DNA of 64,000 bases, taken from contig CAVPWX010000006.1 in the NCBI GenBank assembly GCA_963709605.1, positions 9,110-73,109 of the forward strand. Reading direction: 5' to 3'. This stretch comes from an uncultured Chloroflexia bacterium (GTDB lineage Bacteria; Chloroflexota; Limnocylindria; Limnocylindrales; CSP1-4). The translations under genes and the position numbers were made by a program. Under the pieces are notes generated by a model. That model did no database searches. It saw only the letters and a list, made by a program, of their open reading frames with translations, and was not told where the DNA came from. How positions within the stretch are numbered: position 1 is the stretch's first letter; every line of letters starts with the position of its first letter. This document shows, in pieces, positions 36,234-45,854 of the stretch.

Positions 36234-38486
36234 CTAGAGGATGAAGAGCGGGGCGAGGACGAGGGTGATCGTCGCCAGCAGCTTCACGAGGACGTGCAGC
36301 GAGGGGCCTGCCGTGTCCTTGAACGGGTCGCCCACCGTGTCGCCGACGACCGCCGCGGCATGCGCGTCGCTCTTCTTGCCGAGGACGTTCCCGGCCGCGT
36401 CCGTGAGGTGGCCCGACTCGATGTACTTCTTCGCGTTGTCCCAGGCGCCGCCGCCGTTGTTGAGGGTGGTGGCGAGGAGGACCCCGGCGATCGTGCCGAC
36501 CATGAGGAGGCCGGCCACCGCCTCGTAGCCCAGGAGGACACCGACCAGGATCGGCGTGGCGACCGCCACCAGGCCGGGGGCGATCATCTGCTTGAGGGCC
36601 GCCTTGGTGGTGATGTCGACCACCCGGGCGTAGTCCGGCTTGGCCGTGTAGTCCATGATCCCGGGGATCTCGCGGAACTGGCGCCGGACCTCGACGATGA
36701 TCGACTGGGCGGTCGTGCCGACGGCGCGGATGGCCAGCGAGCTGAAGAAGTAGACCAGCATCGACGCGATGAGCGCCGCCACGAAGACGCTGACGTCGGC
36801 GAGGTTCACCGACGTCATGAGCTCGACGCCCTCCTTGCCGGCCGCGATCTGGCGCCCGAGGATGAGGTTCACCTTGTCGATGTAGGCGCTGAAGAGGAGG
36901 AAGGCCGCCAGGGAGGCCGACGCGATCGCGTAGCCCTTGGTGAGCGCCTTCGTGGTGTTGCCGACGGCGTCGAGGCGGTCGGTGATCTCGCGGGCGTGGG
37001 CCTCGGCGCGGCTGAACTCGGCGATGCCACCCGCGTTGTCGGTGATGGGCCCGAAGGTGTCCATCGCGAGGATGTAGGCGGTGGTCATGAGCATGCCCAT
37101 CGTCGCGACGGCCGTGCCGAAGATGCCGCCGACGTTCCTGCCGTCCTCGCTCAGGAGGCCGGCCTGCTCACCCAGCCAGTGGCTGGCCAGGAGGGCGATG
37201 CCGATCGTGATCGCGGTGACGAACGTCGTCTCGTAGCCGACCGCGACGCCACTGATGATGTTCGTGGCCGGGCCGGTCTTGCTGGCCTCGGCGATCTCCT
37301 TGACCGGGCGGAACGTGCCGGCCGTGTAGTACTGGGTGATGTAGACGAAGGCGATGCTCGTCGCCAGGCCGACGACGCCAGCGCCGAAGAACCAGACCCA
37401 GGTCGGGATGTCGTAGGCGCCCGTCTGCGTGCCCGTCTGCATCATCACGTTCGTGACGAACGCGAGGCCGACCACGGACAGGGCCGTCGTGACCCAGTAG
37501 CCGCGGTTCAGCATGTTCATCGGGTTCTCGTCCTCGCGGCCGCGGACGAAGAACAGGGCCACGATGGTGGCCAGCAGGCCGAAGGCGCGGACGACGAGGG
37601 GGAAGAAGATCCACGCCTCGGGGTTGTCCCAGCCGGCCTGCGAGGCGACGGCGTAGACGCCGACGCCGAGGATCATGGCCCCGATGTTCTCGGCGGCGGT
37701 CGACTCGAAGAGGTCGGCGCCGCGGCCGGCGCAGTCGCCGACGTTGTCGCCCACCAGGTCGGCGATGACGCCCGCATTGCGCGGGTCGTCCTCGGGGATC
37801 CCCGCCTCGACCTTGCCGACGAGGTCGGCGCCAACGTCGGCGGCCTTCGTGTAGATGCCGCCGCCCAGCTGGGCGAAGAGGGCCACGAAGCTGGCACCGA
37901 AGCCGAAGCCGACGATGAGGAACGGCGCCTGGGCCACGGTCTCCGAGTTCAGGCCGCCGAACGCCGCGAACATCAGGTAGACGCCCAGGAGCGACAGCGA
38001 GACGACAAGGAAGCCGGAGACTGCCCCGCCGCGCATCGCGACCTGAACGGCCTCGACGAGGCTGCGGCGGGCCGCGGCGGCCGTCCGGACGTTCGCCTTC
38101 ACGGCGACGAACATCCCGATGATGCCCGAGGCCATCGAACAGGCCGCCCCCACCAGGAACGCGATCGCCGTCCGGACGCCGAGCTCCGGCCCGAAGACCG
38201 CCGTATCGGCGACCTCCTCGGTCTCGAAGTACGAGATGACGAGTCCGATCGCGACCGCGCCGAGGATGGCGAGGACGGCGATCGTCACGTACTGGCGGCG
38301 GATGAAGGCGACCGCGCCCTCGTAGATCGTCGCCGCGACGGCCTCCATCTCCTTGGTGCCGGTGTCGCGCCGGAGCACGTCGCGGGCAAGGTAGATGGCG
38401 AAGGCGATGGCGATCAGCCCCGCCGGCAGGATGATGAGCTGGAGCTGTTCGGGGCTCATGGGCTGGTTCTGCGACCTCCCTGTCAC
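36234..38486 (-). CDS. hppA: Membrane-bound ion-translocating pyrophosphatase
   Basis: Intact 750 aa with many TM segments. Conserved blocks are GDNVGDCAGRGADLFES, DNAGGIAE, GGGAWDNAKKYIE and GDTVGDPFKDTAGPSL. An alternative ATG start is at 38460. Confidence 0.93.
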   Translation of the reverse strand: MTGRSQNQPMSPEQLQLIILPAGLIAIAFAIYLARDVLRRDTGTKEMEAVAATIYEGAVAFIRRQYVTIAVLAILGAVAIGLVISYFETEEVADTAVFGPELGVRTAIAFLVGAACSMASGIIGMFVAVKANVRTAAAARRSLVEAVQVAMRGGAVSGFLVVSLSLLGVYLMFAAFGGLNSETVAQAPFLIVGFGFGASFVALFAQLGGGIYTKAADVGADLVGKVEAGIPEDDPRNAGVIADLVGDNVGDCAGRGADLFESTAAENIGAMILGVGVYAVASQAGWDNPEAWIFFPLVVRAFGLLATIVALFFVRGREDENPMNMLNRGYWVTTALSVVGLAFVTNVMMQTGTQTGAYDIPTWVWFFGAGVVGLATSIAFVYITQYYTAGTFRPVKEIAEASKTGPATNIISGVAVGYETTFVTAITIGIALLASHWLGEQAGLLSEDGRNVGGIFGTAVATMGMLMTTAYILAMDTFGPITDNAGGIAEFSRAEAHAREITDRLDAVGNTTKALTKGYAIASASLAAFLLFSAYIDKVNLILGRQIAAGKEGVELMTSVNLADVSVFVAALIASMLVYFFSSLAIRAVGTTAQSIIVEVRRQFREIPGIMDYTAKPDYARVVDITTKAALKQMIAPGLVAVATPILVGVLLGYEAVAGLLMVGTIAGVLLATTLNNGGGAWDNAKKYIESGHLTDAAGNVLGKKSDAHAAAVVGDTVGDPFKDTAGPSLHVLVKLLATITLVLAPLFIL

Positions 38487-38705
38487 GCACAGCCGTCCGC
38501 GCTGGCGCGACCGTCGCGCCGGGGACGAGGGATCGTTGGCGCGCCTGGGGACCGCCGGCCCAGCTTCGGGGCGGGACGACGGGGCGGCTCAGGCCGCGGG
38601 CGAGTGTATCAACTGCCGGAAGCGCGGGTCAAACGCGAATATCGCCCCGTTTATGCATCGCTGCGCACGCGCGCACCCGCGCCGGACCCTGAGGGGGCGG
38701 CGGCC

Positions 38706-39338
38706 ATGCCGTGCCCCTATACTGCCGGACTTGTGACACGACGCCCCCTCGGGTGCCTCTTCGAGATCGTCGAGACGCTCGTTCTCACGCTCATCATCTT
38801 CTTCGTGATCCAGACCTTCGTGGCCCAGCCGTACCGGGTGGAGCAGCAGTCGATGGTGCGAACGCTGGAGCCCGACCAGTACGTCCTCGTGGACAAGCTG
38901 ACGCCCCGCTTCGACGACTACTCCAGGGGCGACATCGTCGTCTTCGAGCCCCCCGAGGTGTGGGTCCAGGGCGGCCCCAGGACGCCGTTCATCAAGCGGG
39001 TGATCGGCCTCCCGGGCGAGTCCGTGGAGATCAGGGACGGCGCGGTCTGGATCGACGGTGCCCGACTCGACGAGCAGTACGTCTACGACCTCCAGCCCAC
39101 GACCGCCTCCGAGGAGCCCGCGAGCTGGCTGATCCCCGAGGGCGAGCTCTTCGTGATGGGCGACCATCGCGGGGCGTCCGCCGACTCGCGGGCATTCGGG
39201 CCCATCGAGCGGAGCACGGTCATCGGCCGCGCCTGGCTCCGCTACTGGCCGATCAGCACCCTGGGGGTCCTCCCCACGCCGGTGTACGAGACCCCCCCGG
39301 GGAACGGCGACGCGAGGCCGAGCCCGGCCGTCCCGTGA
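38706..39338 (+). CDS. lepB: Signal peptidase I
   Basis: The TM anchor is followed by VEQQSMVRTLEPDQYVLVDK (catalytic Ser box), GDIVVFEPP, FIKRVIGLPGE (Lys box) and GDHRGASADSR. An alternative GTG start is at 38733. Confidence 0.9.
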   Translation: MPCPYTAGLVTRRPLGCLFEIVETLVLTLIIFFVIQTFVAQPYRVEQQSMVRTLEPDQYVLVDKLTPRFDDYSRGDIVVFEPPEVWVQGGPRTPFIKRVIGLPGESVEIRDGAVWIDGARLDEQYVYDLQPTTASEEPASWLIPEGELFVMGDHRGASADSRAFGPIERSTVIGRAWLRYWPISTLGVLPTPVYETPPGNGDARPSPAVP

Positions 39339-39955
39339 GCTGGCTCCTCGTCGCGGCCGGCGCGCTGGTCGCCCTCGGGGCGGCGGTCGCGATCGGGGCG
39401 CGCGCGACGCGGACCGCGGGGCTCGGAGCGCTCGTCGCGCTGGTCTTCACGCCGTTCGTGGCCGATCCCCTCCCCCCGTCGCCGGTGCTCGCGTTCCGCA
39501 TCGTGGCGGGCACGCTCGCCGCCTTCCTCCTGGTCGTCGCGGGCCGGCGCGCCGGCGGCGGGAGCGGCTCGCCGCTGGGGCTGCCGGCGGCGGTCGCGAC
39601 CGCGCTGGCCGCATTCGCGGCCGGCCTCGGGGCGACGGCCATCGGTCTCCCGTCGTTCGGCGCGGACGAGGCCCTCGCGGCCGGCCTTGCCTGTCTCGCC
39701 GTCGCGCTCGCCCCCGTCGCGCTGACCCGCGACGCGTTCCGCCTGGGGACCGCCCTCCTCGTGCTGGCGAACGCAGGCCTCCTCGTTCGCGGCGCCCTCG
39801 TCGGCACGGCCCCGGCCCTCGAGGCGGTCGTGGCCGGGGGCATGCTTGTCGCCGTGGCCGCGGCCGCGACCGTCCTGGCGGGGTCGGCCGCCACCGCCTC
39901 GGGCGGCCCGGCGATGCCTCGCGGCGCCGCCGAACGTCGACGCCCGCCGGCCTGA
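39335..39955 (+). CDS. Ala/Leu/Gly-rich polytopic membrane protein, no family recognised
   Basis: The GTG start overlaps the lepB stop (GTGA). About 206 aa form 5-6 hydrophobic segments (VSWLLVAAGALVALGAAVAIG.., LAFRIVAGTLAAFLLVVAG.., LLVLANAGLLVRG..). Coding is inferred from hydrophobic periodicity and G/C third positions only. Confidence 0.5.
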   Translation: MSWLLVAAGALVALGAAVAIGARATRTAGLGALVALVFTPFVADPLPPSPVLAFRIVAGTLAAFLLVVAGRRAGGGSGSPLGLPAAVATALAAFAAGLGATAIGLPSFGADEALAAGLACLAVALAPVALTRDAFRLGTALLVLANAGLLVRGALVGTAPALEAVVAGGMLVAVAAAATVLAGSAATASGGPAMPRGAAERRRPPA

Positions 39956-39968
39956 GCAACGGAGACCC

Positions 39969-41580
39969 GTGAGCCTCGTCCTGTTCCTGGTGATCGCCTC
40001 GCTGGGCGCGCTGGCCTCGCTGGCGCTTCGCGGGCGGCGTCGGGCCGGGACGTTGGTCGGGCTCGGGGCCGTCGCGCTCGCCCTGCTGGCCCTCATGATC
40101 TCGACGCCGGACACGGAGGTCGCCGTGGGCGGCGGCGCCGTTGCCCTCACCGCCTACGCCCGCATCCTGCTGGGCGTCGCCCTGGCGGGCGGCCTCGGCG
40201 TCCTCGTCGTCGGGCCGCCTGGCGGCGTGGGAGCAGGTGGGGCCGGGCGTCCTGCTCCTCGCCGTCGCCGGCGCGGGCCTCGCGCTCGGGATCGCCGGCG
40301 CCCTGCCGGCACTGCTCGCGGTGGGAGCCGCGGCCACGATCACCGCCGCGGCCGCGCTCGCCCAGCCGGCGACGCCCGAGCGGGTCCGGGCCCTCGCCCG
40401 CGAGGCGCGCGGCGCCGTCGTGGCGATGACCGTCGGGATCGTGGCGGTCAGCCTCGTGCCGGAGGAGATCGGCGGCCTGGCGGTCCAGCCCCAGGTCGCC
40501 GGCCTCGCGACGGTCGCCGCCGGGATCGCGCTCGGCCATCGGTTCGGGGCCATCCCGCTCCACGCCCGGGTCGCCCGCCTGACGGACGCCGCCCCGCCGT
40601 CGACGCTCCCCGCGCTCCTGGTCCTGCTGCCGGCCGCCTGGGCCGTCATCCTCCTCGGGTGGGCCCCGGACACGCTGGGTCCCGTCGAGCACCTGCTCGG
40701 GTGGGACGGGGCGCTCCTCGTGGCGCTCGGCATCGCGACGATGCTCCTGGGCGCGTTCGCGGCCCTCATCCAGGACGACCTCGGCCGTGTCGTCGCCTAC
40801 ACCATCGTCCTCGACGCGGGCGTCGTGATCCTGGGCTTCGCTGCTCTCGATCCCGCCGGGCGCGACGCCGTCCGCGCCTGGCTCCTGCCGTTCCTCGCCA
40901 CCCGGACCGCGCTCGTCGGCTGGACCATCGCCTTCCGGGCGGCCTTCGGGACAACCCGCCTCTCGGAGGCGCGGGGCTGGCTGCGGCGAGCTCCGGCGCT
41001 CGGCGCGGCGCTGGCGGGGATCGCGGCCGCCGCCGTCGGCTGGCCCGGCGTCATGGTCTGGGATGCGCGGCTCGCGGCCTTCGGGGCGGCGACGGACGGC
41101 CCGGCGCTCCTCCTGGCCTCCATCGCCGGGCTGGGGACCGCGGTCGCCCTGGCCCGGGTCCTCGGCGCTGGATTCGGGCGGCCGGAGGCGCGCGTCGTCG
41201 CGGCGACCGGTGAGCTCGCGCGGGTCCCGGCGGGCCTGCGCGCCGCCGCGCGAGCCGCGCGCAGCCCGGCGGGTCGCCGCCTCGCGACGATCCGAGTGGC
41301 ATCCCGCGAGCTGCGGCCCCTCCTCGAGCTCAACCGCACGCCGCTGCGAGCCTTCCTCGTCGTGCTGCTCGCCGGCCTCGCCCTGATGACCGCCGCGGGG
41401 GCATTCGGGATCCCGGAGGCGGCCGCTGCGCCCGACCTGGCGCCTCCCGAACAGGCCGCGCCCGCGCCCGACCCGGCCGGCGGGCCGGCGGCGACAGAGG
41501 GACGGGCGGGGCTCGTCGCGACGGAGGGGCCGGGTTCGCCCGGCGCCGATCCCCCGGCCTCGGGGTCGCCGGCGCCCTGA
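39969..41580 (+). pseudogene. Antiporter-like proton-conducting membrane subunit (NuoN/NuoM/MrpD, PF00361-like). It is an orphan, and there is one frameshift near 40205-40220 as assembled.
   Basis: The GTG start with GGAG upstream gives TM-rich VSLVLFLVIASLGALASLAL..AYARILLGVALAGGLGVLVVG in the frame of ORF 39846. The sequence continues in the frame of ORF 40141: LAAWEQVGPGVLLLAVAG.., IPLHARVARL.., LLGAFAALIQDDLGRVVAYTIVLDAGVVILGFAA. That last block resembles the Q-x-D/N-x-K/R-R-x-x-A-Y-S-S motif region of antiporter-like subunits. No other nuo, mrp or hyf genes are in the window. Confidence 0.6.
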
Positions 41581-41590
41581 CAGGCGGGCC

Positions 41591-42049
41591 TCAGGCCCCC
41601 GGGCCGAGAACCCAGCGGTCGAGGTCGCGCGGATACTCGACGAGGCCCTCCGGGAACCACAGCGCCAGCTCCGTGACGGCGGTCTCCGGCCCGTCCGAGG
41701 CGTGGATCAGGTTCTGCGCGACCTCGAGGGCGAAGTCGCCGCGGATCGTCCCCGGGGCGGCCTCCCACGGCCGCGTGGTGCCGACCATGGCGCGGACGAC
41801 GCCGATCGCGTTGGGGCCTTCGACGGCCAGCGCGACGAGCGGGCTCGAGGTGATGAAGGCGACGAGGCCGGCGAAGAAGGGGCGCTCGCGGTGGATCGCG
41901 TAGTGCTGCTCGGCCAGCTCGCGGCTGACGGCGACGAGCTTGAGGCCGACGAGCTTGAGGCCCTTGTCCTCGAGGCGGGCGATCACCCGGCCGACGAGGA
42001 GGCGCTGCACGCCGTCGGGCTTGATCAGGACGAGGCTGCGTTCGGTCAC
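41591..42049 (-). CDS. ndk: Nucleoside-diphosphate kinase
   Basis: The sequence contains ERSLVLIKPDGVQRLLVG, GTIRGDF and NLIHASD (catalytic His). The GTG start overlaps the upstream stop (GTGA). Confidence 0.93.
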   Translation of the reverse strand: MTERSLVLIKPDGVQRLLVGRVIARLEDKGLKLVGLKLVAVSRELAEQHYAIHRERPFFAGLVAFITSSPLVALAVEGPNAIGVVRAMVGTTRPWEAAPGTIRGDFALEVAQNLIHASDGPETAVTELALWFPEGLVEYPRDLDRWVLGPGA

Positions 42050-42954
42050 TGGGGACTCCCGGGGGTGCCGGCCTCGCCCGGCTCGAGGGCGAGGCGTTCG
42101 GCGGAAGCGTAGGCGATCCGCGACTCCTCGTGCCGGCCGGCGGCCCTCAGCGCCTCGGCGCGCACGAAGGCAAGGGTGGCGCCCGCCTGCGGCGCCGGCG
42201 TGTCCCCGGCGTCCCCGGCGGGCACGGGCGGGGTGGCCGCGGCGTCGAGAGCGGCCAGGACCGCCTCGGCGGCCGCCCGGTCGGCGCGCAGGGCGAGGGC
42301 AAGGAGGATCGCGGCACGATCGGGAGCGACCGCCACGAGCGGCGCCCCGGCGCGGACGAGCTCAGCGGCCGACCGCGAGATCGGGACGCCCGCGGACAGG
42401 GGCCCGGGCACGGCGTCGGGCGCCGGGGTGGCCGCGGGCGCCTGATCGGCCCCGACCGCGGAGCCCGGCGCGCCCTCGGCCGCGGGGCCCGGTCCCGGGG
42501 CGGCCGACACCGACGCCACCTCGCGGGATGCCGCCTCCGCCGACGGCTCCGGCTCCTCGGCGCTCCACGGCCACGCCGCGCGCGGCAGGATGCCCGCCAG
42601 GAGGGCCATCCACGCGCCGCGGTCGCCGAGCCCGCCGGCCGCCATCTCCACGTGGGTGGCGGCTTCCGCCGGAGACCCCCGATCGGCCGCCGCCTCGGCG
42701 CTGATGGCGTGGGCCAGCGCCCCGTCGATCCCCGGCTCGTCGCCGTCCTCCAGCCACGCCGCGGCCGCTGCGTCCGCCCCGCCGAGGTCGCCGGTGCGCC
42801 AGCGGACCTCGGCGAGGTCGAGGATCCCGGCGCGGTCCAGGCCGTCGGCGCCGGCCAGCGTCTCGAGCTCGACGCGGGCGAGGGCGTAGGCGCCCCCTCG
42901 CAGGTGCAGGCGGGCCAGCCGCAGGTCGTCGCCGCGCGGCACCGCCCCGCTCAC
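42046..42954 (-). CDS. Ala-rich hypothetical protein (possibly TPR/helical-repeat-like)
   Basis: 302 aa wedged between the M16 peptidase gene and ndk, with GTGA overlaps at both ends. It contains helical Ala/Leu/Arg-rich segments (LRLARLHLRGGAYALARVELE.., LAFVRAEALRAAGRHEESRIAYASAE). No family assignment. Confidence 0.5.
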   Translation of the reverse strand: MSGAVPRGDDLRLARLHLRGGAYALARVELETLAGADGLDRAGILDLAEVRWRTGDLGGADAAAAAWLEDGDEPGIDGALAHAISAEAAADRGSPAEAATHVEMAAGGLGDRGAWMALLAGILPRAAWPWSAEEPEPSAEAASREVASVSAAPGPGPAAEGAPGSAVGADQAPAATPAPDAVPGPLSAGVPISRSAAELVRAGAPLVAVAPDRAAILLALALRADRAAAEAVLAALDAAATPPVPAGDAGDTPAPQAGATLAFVRAEALRAAGRHEESRIAYASAERLALEPGEAGTPGSPQ

Positions 42955-44225
42955 GGCCGGCCCGGGATCCGGAGGGTCCGCTCGAGGGAGCGCCCCTTGC
43001 CCGCCGGGGCGACCACGGCGAGCCGCAGCCCCTCCTCGTGGAAGAGCCGGCCGGCGAGGTCGCGCACCTCGCCGGCGGTCACCGCGTCGATCGCGGCGAG
43101 CGCCTCGTCGGGGGTCATGACCCGGTCGTGGAGCGCCTCCTGGGTCCCGATCCACGAGGCCAGGTAGCGGGTCTCGTCGAGGCGCATCTCGAGGCGCCCG
43201 GCGAGGTACGCCTTGACCTTGGCGACCTCGGGGGCGCCACAGGTCTCGTCGCGCAGGCGGGCGAGCTCCTCGAGCACGGCCGCGATCGTCGGCCGGATCT
43301 TCGCGGGGTCGACGCCGGCGTAGACGGAGACGACGCCGGCGTCGGCGTAGCTGACGATGGAGCTGCCGACGTCGTAGGCGAGCCCGCGCTCCTCGCGGAC
43401 CTCGAGGAAGAGGCGGCTCGACATCCCGTCGCCGAGGACGGCGTTGAGGACGGAGAGCGCCCACTGGTCGGGGTGGTCGCGCCGGAGGCCGGGGACGCCG
43501 ATGACGAGCTGGGCCTGGGTCGTGGCGCGGGTGGCGCGCACGAAACGCTCGCCGGCCGGGATCGCCGGTGCCGGCGCGTAGCCCGGGATCGTGCCGTTTC
43601 CGGTGCCGAACGTGTCGGCCGCCAGGCGGACGACCTCCTCGTGGGCGATGTCGCCGGACGCGGCCACGACGACGTTGGCCGGCCGGTAGAAGGTGCCCCA
43701 GAAGCGGTGGATTGCGTCGGCGGGCAGCGCCCGGACGCTCTCCTCGGTGCCGGCGATCTCCCGTCCCAGCGGCGTGTCGTCGAAGACGGCCAGGTCGAAG
43801 AGGACGTTGACGTGCTCGGCCGGGTCGTCGAGATAGGACCGGATCTCCTCGACGATGACGTCGCGCTCGTGCTCGATCTCCCGCTCGTCGAGGAGCGGCC
43901 GGACGACGAGCTCGCCGAGGACGGCCATCGCCAGCGCCGCGTGGCGGACGGGGACGCGGACGTAGTAGACGGTGGACTCCCGGTCGGTGGAGGCGTTGAA
44001 GGAGCCGCCGATCCCTTCCACCGCCTCGGACAGGGCCCGCGTCGAGGGGTAGGCCCGCGTCCCCTTGAACGTGAGGTGCTCCATGAAGTGGGCGCAGCCG
44101 GCCTGGTCGATCCCCTCGTGGCGGCTGCCGGCGAGCACGTGCGCCTCGATCGTGACCGACCGGGAGCCCGGGAGCCGAGCGGAGATGACGCGCGGCCCGT
44201 CGGGCAGCGCCGTTCGTTCGAACAT
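42951..44225 (-). CDS. M16-family (pitrilysin/insulinase-like) zinc peptidase
   Basis: 424 aa starting MFERTALPDGPRVI.., with the inverted zinc motif HFMEHLTFKG (HxxEH) and a downstream E. The C-terminal half is the inactive-type M16 domain. The listed 1426-aa ORF upstream of 44225 is shadow sequence. Confidence 0.88.
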   Translation of the reverse strand: MFERTALPDGPRVISARLPGSRSVTIEAHVLAGSRHEGIDQAGCAHFMEHLTFKGTRAYPSTRALSEAVEGIGGSFNASTDRESTVYYVRVPVRHAALAMAVLGELVVRPLLDEREIEHERDVIVEEIRSYLDDPAEHVNVLFDLAVFDDTPLGREIAGTEESVRALPADAIHRFWGTFYRPANVVVAASGDIAHEEVVRLAADTFGTGNGTIPGYAPAPAIPAGERFVRATRATTQAQLVIGVPGLRRDHPDQWALSVLNAVLGDGMSSRLFLEVREERGLAYDVGSSIVSYADAGVVSVYAGVDPAKIRPTIAAVLEELARLRDETCGAPEVAKVKAYLAGRLEMRLDETRYLASWIGTQEALHDRVMTPDEALAAIDAVTAGEVRDLAGRLFHEEGLRLAVVAPAGKGRSLERTLRIPGRP

Positions 44226-44534
44226 CGGGCGGAGGGTATCGGAAATGGCGCGAGCGGGCGGGGCGAGCCCGCCAGGCGCGTTGCCGGACGTCGGCGCCTG
44301 GCGCCGCGGCATCCGCGCGAAACCCCCCGGGGCCGTCGCCGAATCAGGGCTGCCGGGGGGACCGTCCCGCCCGGCGAAGGGGGCCCAACGGCCCTTCGAC
44401 GTCGCCACCGGCGGACTATCCTTGGGTCGCGTGATCCGGCCCGACTCGGGCCCCGTTCGCCGGGCAGCAGGCAGCGCCGAGCGTCCCCAGGGTGCCTGCC
44501 GGCCCCATGGTGATCGCATGGAGGAGAGCACACG

Positions 44535-45776
44535 ATGGCCACCCGACTCCGGACGCCCCTCGTCCTGCTGGCTGCGGGGGCGCTGTTGGTGAGCGCCTGC
44601 GGAGGCGGCTCGAGCCCCACCCCGGCGGCCGGCGTGAAGTGCGAGGCCGGCGCCGCGTCCGGCACGCAGATCCCCGAGATCGTCGAAGGCAAGTTCAACG
44701 TCGCGATGGTTCTGATCGGGCCCCACAACGACGGCGGCTGGAGCCAGGCCCACTACGAGGGGCTGATCTACCTCTGCGAGAACATGCCCGACTCGCACGT
44801 CGCCTACATCGAGAACGTCCCCGAGGGAGCCGATTCGGAGCAGGTCTTCACGAGCCTGTCCCGCAAGGGCTTCGACTTCATCATCGGGACCTCCTTCGGC
44901 TACATGGACCCGATGGAGACGGTCGCCACGGCGTTCCCCGACATCACGTTCTTGCACCTGACGGGGTACAAGTCGAACGGGACGAACTTCGGCAACTTCT
45001 TCGGCGCGATGGAGAACTTCAAGTACCTCGCCGGGATGCTGGCCGGATCGCGCGCGAAGCTCGACGGCAACCCGAAGATCGGCTACATGGCCACCTTCCC
45101 GATCCCGGAGGAGCTCCGCCTCGGCAACGCGATCATGCGCGGCGTCAAGGTGACCTGCCCCGAGTGCACGATGGACATCCGCTTCATCAACACCTGGCAC
45201 GACCCGGTCCTCGAGAAGGAGGGCGCCGCCTCGCTCTTCGACGCCGGCGCGCAGGTCGTCTTCACCGGCGCCGACACCGGCGCGGTCGCCGACGTGGCCC
45301 AGGAGAAGGGCAAGTGGGGCGTCACCTATGACCATCCCGACTCCTGCAAGGCCGAGCGCTGCCTCACCGCCCCGTACTGGATCTGGGGCCCCGAGTACAC
45401 CCGGATCGCCGAGCTCGTGAAGGCCGGCGAGTACGAGGCCGGCTACGAGTACTTCGACGCCGATGCCGGCGCGATGGGCCTCCTCGGCTTCATGGAGGGC
45501 GAGACCCCGCGCATGGGCGTCGAGGACCTGCCCGAGGCCGATGTCCAGCTCGTCAAGGACACCCTGGCCAAGATGCTCAAGAGCAGCACCGGCCGGTTCG
45601 ACATCGTCTTCGCCGGCCCGATCGTCGACAACGCCGGCAAGACCCTGCTCCCCGAGGGCGAGAAGCTCGTGCAGTCCGATCTCGACCAGTTCCCGCCCGG
45701 CGCCCCCGGCAACGAGTGCAAGACCTGCATGTACTGGTGGAACGAGGGGATCGTCGCGAAGCTCCCCGACCTGTAG
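44535..45776 (+). CDS. BMP-family (Med/PnrA-like) ABC substrate-binding lipoprotein, nucleoside/purine type
   Basis: It has the lipobox LLVSACGGG and the blocks FNVAMVLIGPHNDGGWSQAHYEG, FDFIIGTSFGY and IGYMATFPIPE. RBS GGAGGAG lies upstream. Confidence 0.82.
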   Translation: MATRLRTPLVLLAAGALLVSACGGGSSPTPAAGVKCEAGAASGTQIPEIVEGKFNVAMVLIGPHNDGGWSQAHYEGLIYLCENMPDSHVAYIENVPEGADSEQVFTSLSRKGFDFIIGTSFGYMDPMETVATAFPDITFLHLTGYKSNGTNFGNFFGAMENFKYLAGMLAGSRAKLDGNPKIGYMATFPIPEELRLGNAIMRGVKVTCPECTMDIRFINTWHDPVLEKEGAASLFDAGAQVVFTGADTGAVADVAQEKGKWGVTYDHPDSCKAERCLTAPYWIWGPEYTRIAELVKAGEYEAGYEYFDADAGAMGLLGFMEGETPRMGVEDLPEADVQLVKDTLAKMLKSSTGRFDIVFAGPIVDNAGKTLLPEGEKLVQSDLDQFPPGAPGNECKTCMYWWNEGIVAKLPDL

Positions 45777-45854
45777 GCCAGCAGCCCACATGAGGTTTGG
45801 ACCCGCGACGACTCGATCGTCGCGGGTCCTCCTCTTCCCCGGAGCGCCCGTCGC

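Noticed and set aside
36294-38700. Upstream ~800 codons of the 1014-aa plus-strand ORF that ends as lepB
   Set aside because: Only the last ~210 codons (from 38706) look like signal peptidase I. The rest is Asp/Arg/Gly/Glu-rich antisense shadow of hppA.
935-40220. Programmed ribosomal frameshifting at the frame breaks
   Set aside because: I saw no slippery heptamers or downstream pseudoknot-like context at the sites. Several coincide with simple C4/G5 runs, and the affected gene families are not known to use programmed frameshifting.
44226-44534. Riboswitch upstream of the BMP-family nucleoside-type importer
   Set aside because: Some GC stems are present, but I could not match any known riboswitch core by eye. 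This would need a covariance-model scan.
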